Assembly (NCBI GenBank): GCA_947084965.1
Contig: CAMTUG010000001.1
Location: forward strand, 1,375-65,374
DNA: 64,000 nt
Reading direction: 5' to 3'
DNA from: an uncultured Parcubacteria group bacterium
Lineage (GTDB): Bacteria; Patescibacteriota; Patescibacteriia; UBA9934; CAMTUG01
The position numbers were made by a program, and so were the translations under genes. The notes beneath the pieces were generated by a model, which was not told the origin of the DNA, made no database searches, and was given only the letters and a program-made list of their open reading frames with translations. Of the stretch, positions 44,505-54,496 are shown piece after piece (position 1 is the stretch's first letter; every line of letters starts with the position of its first letter).

Positions 44505-47357
44505 ATGGCACGAGCAGGCAAAATGAATGGCACGTTTTCCAAAGATACCCTCCGCGTACGTGGGGCCAGGGTGCACAATTTAAAAAACGTTTCGATCGAC
44601 ATTCCTAAAGACGCCTTTGTCGTGATCACGGGGTTATCCGGTTCTGGCAAGTCGTCTTTGGCTTTTGATACGATCCACGCTGAAGGCCAGCGTCGTTATG
44701 TCGGTTCACTTTCTTCGTACGCTGCCCAGTTCCTGGACTTACAAGACAAGCCAGATGTGGACGCGATTGAAGGGTTATCGCCAACGATCGCCATTGATCA
44801 GAAGTCCTCTTCGCACAATCCGCGCTCGACGGTCGGAACGATGACCGAGATTTATGATCTGCTGCGCGTGTTGTTTGCGCGCGCCGGGGTGCCACACTGT
44901 CCAGAGTGCGGCAGCCGTGTCGTCGAACAGACGGTCGAGGAAATGGCCAATCAAGTTTTGTCGATGCTCACGACGTCCACGATCCAACTGTTCGCGCCGG
45001 TCATTCGCGAACAAAAAGGGGAACACAAGCACGCGTTGTTGTCCGCGCAGGACGCCGGTTACAAACACATTCGTTACGACGGCTTGCTGATGGATATCGA
45101 CGAATCGATCGCCATGCGCAAAGACAAGACCAAGGTGCACTCGATCGACGTCTTGATCGCTGAATTCGGCGAAGGCGAGCAGGTCGCCAAACCGTTTTTG
45201 ATCGAGCGGTTGAAAAAGGCGCTCGATCTGGGCAATGACCTTGTCTTGATCGTCCGTGAAGACAACGGCGACGAGCTGCTTCTGTCGCAATCGTTTTCCT
45301 GTCCGACCTGCAAAATCAATTTACCAAAACCGGATCCGCGCCTGTTCAGTTTCAACTCGCCGTCTGGCGCTTGTCAGGAGTGTACCGGCCTCGGGATGAA
45401 GCTCGTTTTAGAACCGGACTTGGTGATCCCTAACCCGCGTCTGACCTTTGCCGAAGGGGCGGTCAAACCGTGGACACGGATCGCGGGGAATCAATCCGGC
45501 TACTTGAAGTTGATCGAAGCGGTCGGGAAGAAGCATAAGTTTTCGGTGCATACGCCGGTCGAAAAGATCGGGGAGGCGAAGCTGAACGTTATTCTCGAAG
45601 GAACGGGTGAGGATACGTATGTGGTCGACGGCATGACTGTGACCTTCCCAGGGATTCTCGCCCAACTTGAACAAAAGTATCGCGAGACCGACTCGGATTA
45701 CGTGCGTAAAGAACTTGAAGGGTATATGCGCACCCTTGTCTGTCCGTCCTGTCATGGTCAGCGTTTGCGCAAAGAACTGCTTTCGATCACGATCGCCGGC
45801 AAGTCGATCGCGGACGTCGTCGGAAGTCCGATCGACGAGGTTGCCGAATTTTTTGTCGCTCTGCAAAAGCACAAGGACGTCAATGCGGAACAGAAGTTAG
45901 TTTTAGATCGCGTACAGAAAGAAGCCAACATTCGCGTCGGTCACCTGATCGATGTCGGTCTTGGCTATTTAACGCTCGATCGTTCAGCGATGTCGCTTTC
46001 CGGCGGGGAAGCTCAGCGTGTCCGTCTGGCCACCCAGCTCGGCAGTGGGCTTTCGGGGGTGATGTATATTTTGGACGAGCCGTCGATCGGGTTACACCCA
46101 AGCGACAACGACAAGTTGATCACAACGATTAAAGGGTTGCGCGACTTTGGTAACAGCGTCATCGTTGTCGAACATGACGAGGCGATGATGCTTGCAGCCG
46201 ATCATCTGATCGACATCGGTCCTGGCGCCGGTTTGTACGGTGGGGAGCTCGTGGCCCAAGGAACACCAAACGACGTCAAGAAAGATAAGGATTCGTTGAC
46301 GGGCAAGTATCTTTCCGGCAAAAAGTCGATCCCAGTTCCGAAGTCCTATCGCAAAGGATCTGGGAAAAAGATCTCCATTCAGGGCGCGACGGCGTTTAAT
46401 TTGAAAAATATCGATGTCGACGTTCCGCTCGGCAAGCTCGTCTGTGTGACCGGTGTTTCTGGTTCAGGAAAGTCAACACTCATTCTGGATATTCTTTCCA
46501 AGGTGCTGATGAAGCATTTTTATCGCGCCAAAGCGTACCCAGGGGATCACAAAGCGATCAAAGGTTTGGAGAACGTCGATAAAGTGGTGGCGATCGATCA
46601 GTCACCGATCGGGCGCACCCCGCGATCAAACCCAGCAACGTACACCGGAGTCTTCACCTCCATTCGCGATCTGTACACCGATACTCCGGAAGCCAAGATG
46701 CGTGGATTTGATGCTGGGAAGTTTTCCTTCAACGTCAAAGGGGGCGGGCGCTGTGAAGCCTGTGCCGGCGAAGGGCAGCGCCGCATCGAGATGCAGTTTT
46801 TGCCTGACGTCTACGTCGACTGCACCGAGTGTCGTGGTAAACGCTACAATCAGGAGGCGCTCGAAATCCATTGGCACGCCAAGAACATCGCTGACGTTTT
46901 AGAAATGACCGTGGAAGAGGCGAAACGCTTCTTCCAAGGCGAGCCGCTCATCGCTGAGAAGTTGAACGTGCTCTACGATGTCGGTTTGGGTTACTTGAAG
47001 CTCGGCCAGAGCGCGACGACTCTTTCCGGTGGGGAAGCCCAACGCGTAAAACTCGCGGCCGAACTCTCCCGTCGCGCTACCGGCAAGACGCTGTACATTC
47101 TGGATGAACCGACGACCGGCTTACATTTTGAAGATATCAATCGTTTGCTCCTCGTGCTCCACGCCCTGGTCGATAAAGGGAATACCGTTCTCGTCATTGA
47201 GCACAATTTGGACGTGATGAAGTGTTCGGACTGGGTGATCGACATGGGTCCAGGCGGGGGAGCCAAGGGTGGACTTGTCGTTGCTGAAGGGACGCCAAAA
47301 GAGGTCGCTCGTGACAAAAAGAGTGTCACGGGGAAGTATTTGAAAGATGTCCTGTAG
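44505..47357 (+). CDS. uvrA: Excinuclease ABC subunit A
   Basis: Two ABC cassettes (GLSGSGKSS, LSGGEAQR, GVSGSGKST) and zinc fingers. Confidence 0.97.
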   Translation: MARAGKMNGTFSKDTLRVRGARVHNLKNVSIDIPKDAFVVITGLSGSGKSSLAFDTIHAEGQRRYVGSLSSYAAQFLDLQDKPDVDAIEGLSPTIAIDQKSSSHNPRSTVGTMTEIYDLLRVLFARAGVPHCPECGSRVVEQTVEEMANQVLSMLTTSTIQLFAPVIREQKGEHKHALLSAQDAGYKHIRYDGLLMDIDESIAMRKDKTKVHSIDVLIAEFGEGEQVAKPFLIERLKKALDLGNDLVLIVREDNGDELLLSQSFSCPTCKINLPKPDPRLFSFNSPSGACQECTGLGMKLVLEPDLVIPNPRLTFAEGAVKPWTRIAGNQSGYLKLIEAVGKKHKFSVHTPVEKIGEAKLNVILEGTGEDTYVVDGMTVTFPGILAQLEQKYRETDSDYVRKELEGYMRTLVCPSCHGQRLRKELLSITIAGKSIADVVGSPIDEVAEFFVALQKHKDVNAEQKLVLDRVQKEANIRVGHLIDVGLGYLTLDRSAMSLSGGEAQRVRLATQLGSGLSGVMYILDEPSIGLHPSDNDKLITTIKGLRDFGNSVIVVEHDEAMMLAADHLIDIGPGAGLYGGELVAQGTPNDVKKDKDSLTGKYLSGKKSIPVPKSYRKGSGKKISIQGATAFNLKNIDVDVPLGKLVCVTGVSGSGKSTLILDILSKVLMKHFYRAKAYPGDHKAIKGLENVDKVVAIDQSPIGRTPRSNPATYTGVFTSIRDLYTDTPEAKMRGFDAGKFSFNVKGGGRCEACAGEGQRRIEMQFLPDVYVDCTECRGKRYNQEALEIHWHAKNIADVLEMTVEEAKRFFQGEPLIAEKLNVLYDVGLGYLKLGQSATTLSGGEAQRVKLAAELSRRATGKTLYILDEPTTGLHFEDINRLLLVLHALVDKGNTVLVIEHNLDVMKCSDWVIDMGPGGGAKGGLVVAEGTPKEVARDKKSVTGKYLKDVL

Positions 47358-47540
47358 GGGTGAACCCCATACGCTCCGCAGGATCCCGTCACGACATCTT
47401 TTTGGTCATTTAATGTCGTGGATGTGATCCTGTCTCCGCGATGGGGCCTGCTAAATAGCTAAAATTAGCCAATAATCATCGACTGGTTCTTGACAAATCA
47501 GTTGATTTTTGCTATCCTTGGCCCTTAAACTAATCTCTCT

Positions 47541-49268
47541 ATGATGAAGCGTATTTCTCTCATGCTCGCGTTACTCGCGGTTGCCATCGCTCCTTTTGCG
47601 CCTGGTATCGCTTCTGGTGATGAAACGGAGTGGACGGCTCTGACCGCCTCGCGCGCCTGGAGCTATGACGGCTTCCGCGTCGAGCGTTTGACCGAAAGCT
47701 CGACCAATCTCATGAAGCTCGGGGACACCCTCGTGCTCGTGAAGCGCGCCGCAGCCTGCTCTGGCTCGTGCGATCTTCGTGATCTGCTCTTGCTCGGCAA
47801 CGGCGGGACGATCACTGTAGAGAATGTACAGACGTCGGCGGTCGACTTGGCGCAGTTCGCCAAGAATGGAAACCGTCTGGTTTATGCGGAGGAATCTGGC
47901 AAGGAAGCGCGCTTCGACGTGATTGAAGTCGATCTTGCCACCGGCCAAAAGATCACCTTGCTTGATGATGCCTTTATTGGAAACGTCGAAGACGTGATGA
48001 TTACGGTTGACGGAGAGATGATTTACGCCACGGCTACGTATAATCACTCGTCCGACAGCGGAATGGTTCCGCAGTCCCAAGTGTTTGCTTACATGACCCG
48101 TTACGACAGCTTCAAGCCGATGTATGTACAGTGGAACTTGCGTTACGAAACGCTTGAAGACGTCGAAGACGGCCAGGCGATCGTGAAGATGACGTTCCCA
48201 GATGGGGAAGAGCAGCTTTGGGTTTATGACTTCATTGACTTTGGTGAACAGGAAGGTACAGCGATCGCTGATACCTGGACCCCTGAGCCGGAAGATATCG
48301 TCGGCGCCCACTTTGCTAAAGATGGTGACGTTGAATTCTTCCGCATGTATGCCCGCACCGTTGCCGATGAGTCCTTTGATTCAACGACCGTTACCACCGA
48401 TTATCTTTCTTGGTACCGCGAATTTGATCTGAATGACCTGAGTAACTTGGTGCAGATCAACGGTTCGTATATGGCCTACGTCACCCCAGAAAATGATCTC
48501 TATGTCTCAAACGGCGAATCAACGGCGTTCATCGCCAACATCGGCATGACCGGCACCTTCCGTTTGATGGAGGAAACGATCCTCTGGGAGAACGGTTCGA
48601 CAGGTGGAATCACCACCGTTGATGGGGTAATGGTTGAGTCCTTCGACTTCCGCCCGACGGATATTCTCGGAAACATCGTTGTTGGATTGACCGGCGCTGG
48701 TGACGTTTTCTACCGCGACATGTCTACAGACAATGAAATGACGATCGGTTTCGGTGGTGTCCCGTACATCGCCGATGCTCGCCACGTCTACTGGAAAGGC
48801 GAGGACGCCAAGTTGTATGAAGCGACGTTGTTGCTTGATACCGCGATGAATACCGCGGTTGGAACGCCGGTTAAAACAGCGAGCTCTCCGAAGGTGTATA
48901 TGTTGATTGGTGATGAAATCAGCTACATTCCGAACGAAACGATCTACCTTACATGGTACGAAACGTTTGCGGATGTGGTCGTGATCTCTGACACGCAGCT
49001 TGCAACGTACGACGAAGGCGACTCCGTTGGCTACAAGCCAGGAACGCTCGTCAAACTGGCCACTTCGTCCAAGATTTATGTCATCGGCGACGATCACAAG
49101 ATGCACTGGATCGTAAAGGCAGCGACCGCATCCGATTTGTACGGCGATGACTGGAGCGACCAGGTGGTTACCGTCTCCGCCCATGAGATGACCGACTACG
49201 GCTATGGCGCAAACATCGACAGCGAAAACTCCCTGGCCAAAACGGTCATGGTTGCCACGGTGAAGTAA
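47541..49268 (+). CDS. Secreted acidic protein with C-terminal surface-repeat domain
   Basis: Signal peptide and beta-rich body. The C-terminus (VKTASSPKVY...IPNETIYLTWY...KPGTLVK) resembles the N-domain of 15775-16590. Confidence 0.75.
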   Translation: MMKRISLMLALLAVAIAPFAPGIASGDETEWTALTASRAWSYDGFRVERLTESSTNLMKLGDTLVLVKRAAACSGSCDLRDLLLLGNGGTITVENVQTSAVDLAQFAKNGNRLVYAEESGKEARFDVIEVDLATGQKITLLDDAFIGNVEDVMITVDGEMIYATATYNHSSDSGMVPQSQVFAYMTRYDSFKPMYVQWNLRYETLEDVEDGQAIVKMTFPDGEEQLWVYDFIDFGEQEGTAIADTWTPEPEDIVGAHFAKDGDVEFFRMYARTVADESFDSTTVTTDYLSWYREFDLNDLSNLVQINGSYMAYVTPENDLYVSNGESTAFIANIGMTGTFRLMEETILWENGSTGGITTVDGVMVESFDFRPTDILGNIVVGLTGAGDVFYRDMSTDNEMTIGFGGVPYIADARHVYWKGEDAKLYEATLLLDTAMNTAVGTPVKTASSPKVYMLIGDEISYIPNETIYLTWYETFADVVVISDTQLATYDEGDSVGYKPGTLVKLATSSKIYVIGDDHKMHWIVKAATASDLYGDDWSDQVVTVSAHEMTDYGYGANIDSENSLAKTVMVATVK

Positions 49269-49385
49269 AAAGAGAGAGGTGAGAGGAAAAAGGTTAGAAG
49301 AGAAGCAAAAGAGGCGGCGCTCATTGAGCGCTGCCTCTTCATTTCTCTTCTTTCTACTATCCTCTCACCTTTCCTATTTCCCAAA
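49269..49385. terminator. Terminator hairpin embedded in inverted purine/pyrimidine heptamer arrays
   Basis: AAGAGGCGGCGCTCA-t-TGAGCGCTGCCTCTT is flanked by AGAGGTG/AGAGGAA-type units and their complements. Confidence 0.65.
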
Positions 49386-49386
49386 T

Positions 49387-49866
49387 CTATTTCATCCACG
49401 TTTCCTTCAACTTGCGGCGGAAGCCGGCCAGGAAGGAGAGGTTGCCGCGGCGGGTCTTGGCGGTTTTGACTACTTCGATTTTGGCGATGTTCGGTGAGGA
49501 CATCGGGAAGATCTTTTCGACCCCGACGCCGTTGCTCACCTTACGGATCGTCATTGAGCGGGAATCTTGCGACCCGCGAATGTTGGTGACCATCCCTTCG
49601 AAGACCTGAATACGTTCACGCTTTTCTCCTTTTGGCGAAACGTCATTGATCTTTTCGTGTAGACGGATCGTCATGCCGGAGCGGAGTTCGGAGAAGGGGA
49701 CCACTTTGACCTCAGCGTCGGCTGGGATCTCCTCAGTAGGAGTTTCCGCAGCAGGGGCTTCGGCTTCCGGAATCATCTCGACAGGAGCTTCCGCAGTCGC
49801 TTCGGTTTCGGCCGGGGTCGCTTCTGTTGGGGTTTCCTCCGTTGTTGGCTTTTGTTCGTCGGACAT
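49387..49866 (-). CDS. rplS: 50S ribosomal protein L19 with acidic N-terminal extension
   Basis: Motifs ERIQVFEG, TIRKVSNGVGVEKIFP and RRGNLSFL. Confidence 0.93.
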   Translation of the reverse strand: MSDEQKPTTEETPTEATPAETEATAEAPVEMIPEAEAPAAETPTEEIPADAEVKVVPFSELRSGMTIRLHEKINDVSPKGEKRERIQVFEGMVTNIRGSQDSRSMTIRKVSNGVGVEKIFPMSSPNIAKIEVVKTAKTRRGNLSFLAGFRRKLKETWMK

Positions 49867-49935
49867 ATTCTGATTTATAGCTGGGGTACAGGACCCCGTA
49901 ACGTTCCGAGATAGTAGCGCAAACCCTGAAATTGG

Positions 49936-50505
49936 TCAACTCTTAGCCATTTCCTGCTCGAAAATGCCTCGAATGCGGTCGACGGTCTCTTCCAGTTTGC
50001 CTTCCGAGTTCTCAATGACATGGTCTGCTGTCTTGGCAAAAGCCATTTCCGCATTCAGTTCTTCGAAGCGCTTCTTCAAGTCCGCTTCGGTCCATTTGCC
50101 TCGTGATTTGATCCGTTCGACCAAAACTTCCTTTGATTCTGCAGTCAGGAATAGGGTGATGGCATCTGGGCGAGCTGTTTCGATCGTTTTTGCTCCGTTT
50201 ACATCGATAACGATCAGTGTTGCACCTCCTTCAGCGATTAACGCATCCACGTCTGTGTTTCGGCTCCCATAGAGATGTCCGTAATGTTCGTCCCACTCAA
50301 ACATCTCCCCGCTCGCCACGAGCCCCATGAAAGCATCTTTATCCAAGAAGTGATAATGGACGCCGTCAACTTCGCCTTCGCGCGGTTCACGCGTGGTACA
50401 GGTAACTAAACGCTTGAGGTTTGGGATCGCTTCGCGGAGCTTTTCAGCCACCGTCGTTTTTCCAACGCCGGATGGCCCGGTTAAGACAAACAGTTTTCCT
50501 TGCAT
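49936..50505 (-). CDS. gmk: Guanylate kinase
   Basis: Motifs GPSGVGKTT, TTREPREGEVDGVHYHF and YGHLYG. Confidence 0.95.
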   Translation of the reverse strand: MQGKLFVLTGPSGVGKTTVAEKLREAIPNLKRLVTCTTREPREGEVDGVHYHFLDKDAFMGLVASGEMFEWDEHYGHLYGSRNTDVDALIAEGGATLIVIDVNGAKTIETARPDAITLFLTAESKEVLVERIKSRGKWTEADLKKRFEELNAEMAFAKTADHVIENSEGKLEETVDRIRGIFEQEMAKS

Positions 50506-50507
50506 AG

Positions 50508-51194
50508 TTATTTCCGTGCCAGATCTTTCAAAATAGCGGTCAGTTCTTCCGGCATCGGTGCTTCGAACGTTTTTTCTTCACCCGAGGGGAGTGTAAGAGT
50601 GAGTTTTTGGGCGTGCAAAAAGACACGACCAATATCCTTACGGTGTGTGCGTTTGATGTGATAGATCGGATCACCCATCAACGGGTGGCCGATGGCGTGG
50701 AAGTGCACACGAATCTGGTGGGTGCGTCCCGTTTCGATGCGCACCTGCATCAAGGTAAAGTTTTTAAAACGGTCGAGCACTTCCCAATACGTCTTGGCTT
50801 CGCGCCCCGCTTGCGTATCCGGTCGGGCGACCATCCGTGCCTTCGGTCGTGATCGAGCGATGACCAAGTGGATCTCACCTTCATCCTTCATGATCTTCCC
50901 GTGCACCAGGGCGATGTATTGTTTGTGCATCGTACGCTCCACGAACTGTTTTTTTAAAAACTCATACGCCGCCTGATTGCGGGCCACGACCATCACCCCC
51001 GAGACATCTTGGTCTAGCCGGTGGATGATCCCTGGACGGTCTGGGTGCTCGCCAACCCCCTTCACTTCTGGAAATTCTTTTAACAACAGATCGGCGAGCG
51101 TGACCTCATCTTTACCTTCAGCACGATGAACCAAGAGCCCAGCGGGCTTGTTGAGAACGAGAACGTCTTTGTCTTGGTAGATGATATTTAGCAC
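50508..51194 (-). CDS. RluA/RluD-family pseudouridine synthase
   Basis: Motifs NKPAGL, HRLD, TGRTHQIRVH and GDPIY. Confidence 0.93.
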   Translation of the reverse strand: MLNIIYQDKDVLVLNKPAGLLVHRAEGKDEVTLADLLLKEFPEVKGVGEHPDRPGIIHRLDQDVSGVMVVARNQAAYEFLKKQFVERTMHKQYIALVHGKIMKDEGEIHLVIARSRPKARMVARPDTQAGREAKTYWEVLDRFKNFTLMQVRIETGRTHQIRVHFHAIGHPLMGDPIYHIKRTHRKDIGRVFLHAQKLTLTLPSGEEKTFEAPMPEELTAILKDLARK

Positions 51195-51236
51195 AGCATT
51201 TCTGTTTTTCGGTTTTTTCGTTTTCGGTTTTTATTC

Positions 51237-51313
51237 TGGTAGGCCCGGATGGACTCGAACCATCGACCCGGCGTGTATAAGACGCCTGCTCTGACCAACT
51301 GAGCTACGGGCCT
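51237..51313 (-). tRNA. tRNA-Ile(TAT)
   Basis: AGGCCCGTAGCTCAGTTGGTCAGAGCA-GGCGT-CTTATAC-ACGCC-GGGTCGATGGTTCGAGTCCATCCGGGCCTACCA. The anticodon is TAT. Confidence 0.92.
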
Positions 51314-51368
51314 ATAATCTCATGCGCCTTGATCTTGCCTGAAAAATCAGATAAACTCAAGGGGCTCT

Positions 51369-51803
51369 ATGTCATTTCAGGTCGCGCTCTCCGTCATCAC
51401 CTTTCTGCTCTACTGGATTTTTGGCGGAGTGGTTTTTTCTATTATCACCGCCTTACGTTTGGGACGCGTACAAAAGACACGATTCGGCTGTCTCTTTTCT
51501 GCTGTTTCCCTTGGTTTGGCGATCATTGCCGCCGCGTCGGGGATCGCACTCGCAGAGAGAGATATCGCCCGTTGCCAACTTTCCCCGGAGCGATGGGTTT
51601 CCTGGATCGAGTCCTTCGCCTGCGGCATCATTCCGATCATGTCCGTGATGTTCATCGGATTCTTGATTCTAGTTCTCGTGGGAACGTTTTTGATGTATAT
51701 CTCAACGATCACGGAACAGGAACAACCTGAGTGGATCGGGCAAGCGATCCCCGAAGAAGAGGAAGAATCCACCACGGAACAGGACCACACGATAAACAAA
51801 TAA
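51369..51803 (+). CDS. Small membrane protein
   Basis: Three hydrophobic segments and an acidic tail, with a TATG start. Confidence 0.7.
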   Translation: MSFQVALSVITFLLYWIFGGVVFSIITALRLGRVQKTRFGCLFSAVSLGLAIIAAASGIALAERDIARCQLSPERWVSWIESFACGIIPIMSVMFIGFLILVLVGTFLMYISTITEQEQPEWIGQAIPEEEEESTTEQDHTINK

Positions 51804-51827
51804 CCCCCGCGAAATGCGAGGGGTATT

Positions 51828-51904
51828 TGGTGGGCGGCAGAGGATTCGAACCTCTGACCTTCACAATGTCAATGTGACGCTCTAACCAACTGAGCTAGCC
51901 GCCC
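51828..51904 (-). tRNA. tRNA-Val(GAC)
   Basis: GGGCGGCTAGCTCAGTTGGTTAGAGCG-TCACA-TTGACAT-TGTGA...GTTCGAATC...CCGCCCACCA. Confidence 0.96.
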
Positions 51905-51941
51905 GTGGTGGGCAAAACTATACACAATAGGACGCGGCCGG

Positions 51942-53207
51942 TCAAGATTCTTGCGATTTGTGCAAAAAGGTCAGAGCTTCTGTTTTGTTGGTAATCAGGC
52001 CTGCCATCTGAGCATCGCGAACACGATCAATCATCGCGCGAAATTCCGGACCAGGAGTGAATCCGGCCGCAATCAAATCTTCCCCACTGACGAGTTCTGG
52101 GATCTCTGTTCCAAATTGGGCACGAAGAGCAGAAACACGCTCTCGTACGCTCTGGAGCTTTTCTTTTTTTACGGTGCCGGTGATCATCATCAGGTCGAGG
52201 AGTTCTGCCCCGCGGTCGGTGAGGAAGAGTTTTTCAAACATGGATCCGGGCATCGCTTTCGGATCTTCGATCACATCAAGCACGTGGGCCGAACGCAGGA
52301 GCCAGAGAACGGTATCGTCGTCGATGTGCAGACGGTGTTCACGCGGGAGTTGATGAAAACGGTAGCTTGAGAGGATCGTGCGAGCGTCTTCTGGGGTTGT
52401 CGTAGAAAGGAGGAGAGCGACGAGGAGATTGGGCGAAAGGGCACTCACTTCACCGACACGTTCTAAGGCGCGCTGCGTGTCGATCGAAGGGAAGAGCAAC
52501 TCGGTTAGGCCAACGTCTTGATATTTCACGAGCGTGCAGGCAGGATCGGCAAGAAATGACTTGATAAATTCGCGACCAATCGTGTCACGAGCGATGACCC
52601 ATTGGCCACTCTCGTTTTTATCGTTGAGATGGTGGGCCAACGCGCGCATCGCCCGCCAGGTTCGCTCCTCAATATGAAACGAAAGGGAACAAGAAAAACG
52701 GATCGCGCGCAGGATGCGGGTCAGATCTTCTTTAAAACGATCTTCGGCAACACCGACGGCACGGATCACTTTGGCTTCGAGATCGCGCCGGCCATGGTAG
52801 GGATCGATGATCACCTGTGTACGTTCATCGCGAGCCATGGCATTGATGGTGAAGTCGCGACGGGAAAGATCCATTTCAATCGGTAGGTCCATCCGCGCTT
52901 CAATTTCAAATTCACGATATCCGCCGCGTGAATCTGGCAGAGCACTTTCTGTTCGTGGGAGGGCGATATCAATGACGGTGTCTGTGCCGGCGTAAATAAA
53001 CTTGTAGACCCCGAACGCGGTTCCGACAAAATCCACTTGACCGTGGGCCGCAAGCCAGGTTTCAAGTTCCGGCTTTTGCATTCCTCGGACGACATAGTCA
53101 AAATCCTTGGTTTTGCGACCAAGGAGATTGTCTCGCACCGCCCCACCAACGAGATACAGTTCTGCCTCCGGGTGATCGTGTAAAAATGATGAAATCCAGT
53201 CCTCCAT
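51942..53207 (-). CDS. cca: CCA tRNA nucleotidyltransferase (class II, no HD domain)
   Basis: Motifs LVGGAVRD, DFD, DLSRRDFTINAMA and EDLTRILRAIRF. The start is uncertain (53207 or 53237). Confidence 0.85.
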   Translation of the reverse strand: MEDWISSFLHDHPEAELYLVGGAVRDNLLGRKTKDFDYVVRGMQKPELETWLAAHGQVDFVGTAFGVYKFIYAGTDTVIDIALPRTESALPDSRGGYREFEIEARMDLPIEMDLSRRDFTINAMARDERTQVIIDPYHGRRDLEAKVIRAVGVAEDRFKEDLTRILRAIRFSCSLSFHIEERTWRAMRALAHHLNDKNESGQWVIARDTIGREFIKSFLADPACTLVKYQDVGLTELLFPSIDTQRALERVGEVSALSPNLLVALLLSTTTPEDARTILSSYRFHQLPREHRLHIDDDTVLWLLRSAHVLDVIEDPKAMPGSMFEKLFLTDRGAELLDLMMITGTVKKEKLQSVRERVSALRAQFGTEIPELVSGEDLIAAGFTPGPEFRAMIDRVRDAQMAGLITNKTEALTFLHKSQES

Positions 53208-53243
53208 ACCATGAGCGATCATCGATCGCCCCGCCATTGTACC

Positions 53244-54365
53244 TTACTTTGGCATCGTTGTGAGGATCTTCTGCTCCGCTTCAATTAAGTTCATCGTGGT
53301 TAGGCAGATGCGAGCTTCGTCTGTCGTGCCGACGGGATCAAAAGCACCGAGAAGTTTTAGGGCGCTGGTTGGTGGTGTCGTCCGTAAAATACCGCAGATG
53401 TGATGATCGCTGTTTTCATAGAGGATGAGAACACGCTCTGCTTCAGGGGAGGAAGCGATCAGTTCGTCAATCACTTCTGGGAGATCAACTTCCTGGGCGC
53501 CGGCGTGCAAAAAGTCTTGAGCCGAAAGCAAGGTCCAAACGAACTTTTGTTCTGGATCGGCTTTCAGTCGCGCCAGCGCCCGACCCCACAGGCGTAACGT
53601 GGCGACCGACCGAGTGCGGTACAGATGATGAATGATCTCTTCGCGCTTTCCGCCGAGTCCGACGAGCGTCGAGGCGGCGGCGAGTGTTTTTGGGGTGACG
53701 TTGCGCGTTTTAAAACTTTTTGTTTTGGCGATCATTCCAGTTAAAAAGTGGGTGGCGATACTAGCGTCCACGAGCGATGGATCGATTGAGCTAACGACAT
53801 CATGACAGACTTCACCACACGATGCCGCAGTCACGTCGATTGCGTTGATCGCCCCGTAATGTTCGTTGGCGGCGGCATGATCAATGTTGATGATCGGCGT
53901 GCGATAGAAAAAGTCGGCGTAGTCCTGGAAGAGACGTCCGCATCCCGGTAGATCAGACGAGCCGATGCAGATCAAGACGTCGTAGCGATAGTTCCCTGGG
54001 CGGACCTGGACGTGATGCTCTTTCCACACACCAGACTTGGGGGCGACGTGAATCTGTAGTTTACCTTCGTTCACACTGTGGCGAATCGAGTGTTCATCGG
54101 CAACGTCGAGCGGGAGTTCGATCGTCAGTTCGTGCAATCCTGGGATGTCGTTGTACACGAGGTGCTCACCTTTTAACGCCTGCATCGCCTTGGGTATGGT
54201 GGCAATCGTGGCGATCACCGCATCCTTATCCATCTTCTTCAGCGCTTCCTTTAAACCAAAAGCCGAGGCGTAATGATCAACGCCCGCGGCTTCGGGTAGC
54301 ACAATCAAAGGCCGGCTGGACCGTTTGATCATTTCGTGGAGTTGTTGGTTTTGGTTCAAGGACAC
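53244..54365 (-). CDS. NrnA/DHH-family protein with degenerate motifs
   Basis: IINIDHAAAN..YG, A..FLTGMIAKT.SF and LWGRALARL. GTG start. Confidence 0.75.
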   Translation of the reverse strand: MSLNQNQQLHEMIKRSSRPLIVLPEAAGVDHYASAFGLKEALKKMDKDAVIATIATIPKAMQALKGEHLVYNDIPGLHELTIELPLDVADEHSIRHSVNEGKLQIHVAPKSGVWKEHHVQVRPGNYRYDVLICIGSSDLPGCGRLFQDYADFFYRTPIINIDHAAANEHYGAINAIDVTAASCGEVCHDVVSSIDPSLVDASIATHFLTGMIAKTKSFKTRNVTPKTLAAASTLVGLGGKREEIIHHLYRTRSVATLRLWGRALARLKADPEQKFVWTLLSAQDFLHAGAQEVDLPEVIDELIASSPEAERVLILYENSDHHICGILRTTPPTSALKLLGAFDPVGTTDEARICLTTMNLIEAEQKILTTMPK

Positions 54366-54458
54366 ATGCCTGTTTGCGAAATCGACCCCGCTTAGGCGGA
54401 GTGACGGCAAGCATGAGGATTGCCTATCTTGCCACGCGCTTTAAGGGCCGTCAAGCCC

Positions 54459-54487
54459 TTGCCCTTTCGGGAATTGATTGTTAGGAT
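54459..54487 (+). promoter_or_regulatory. valS leader promoter
   Basis: TTGCCC-17bp-TAGGAT, just upstream of the T-box. Confidence 0.55.
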
Positions 54488-54496
54488 AGATTCGTA

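Noticed and set aside
49883-49897. L19 leader RNA upstream of rplS
   Set aside because: Only a 5-bp hairpin (GGGGT/ACCCC) is visible, which is not enough to assign a family.
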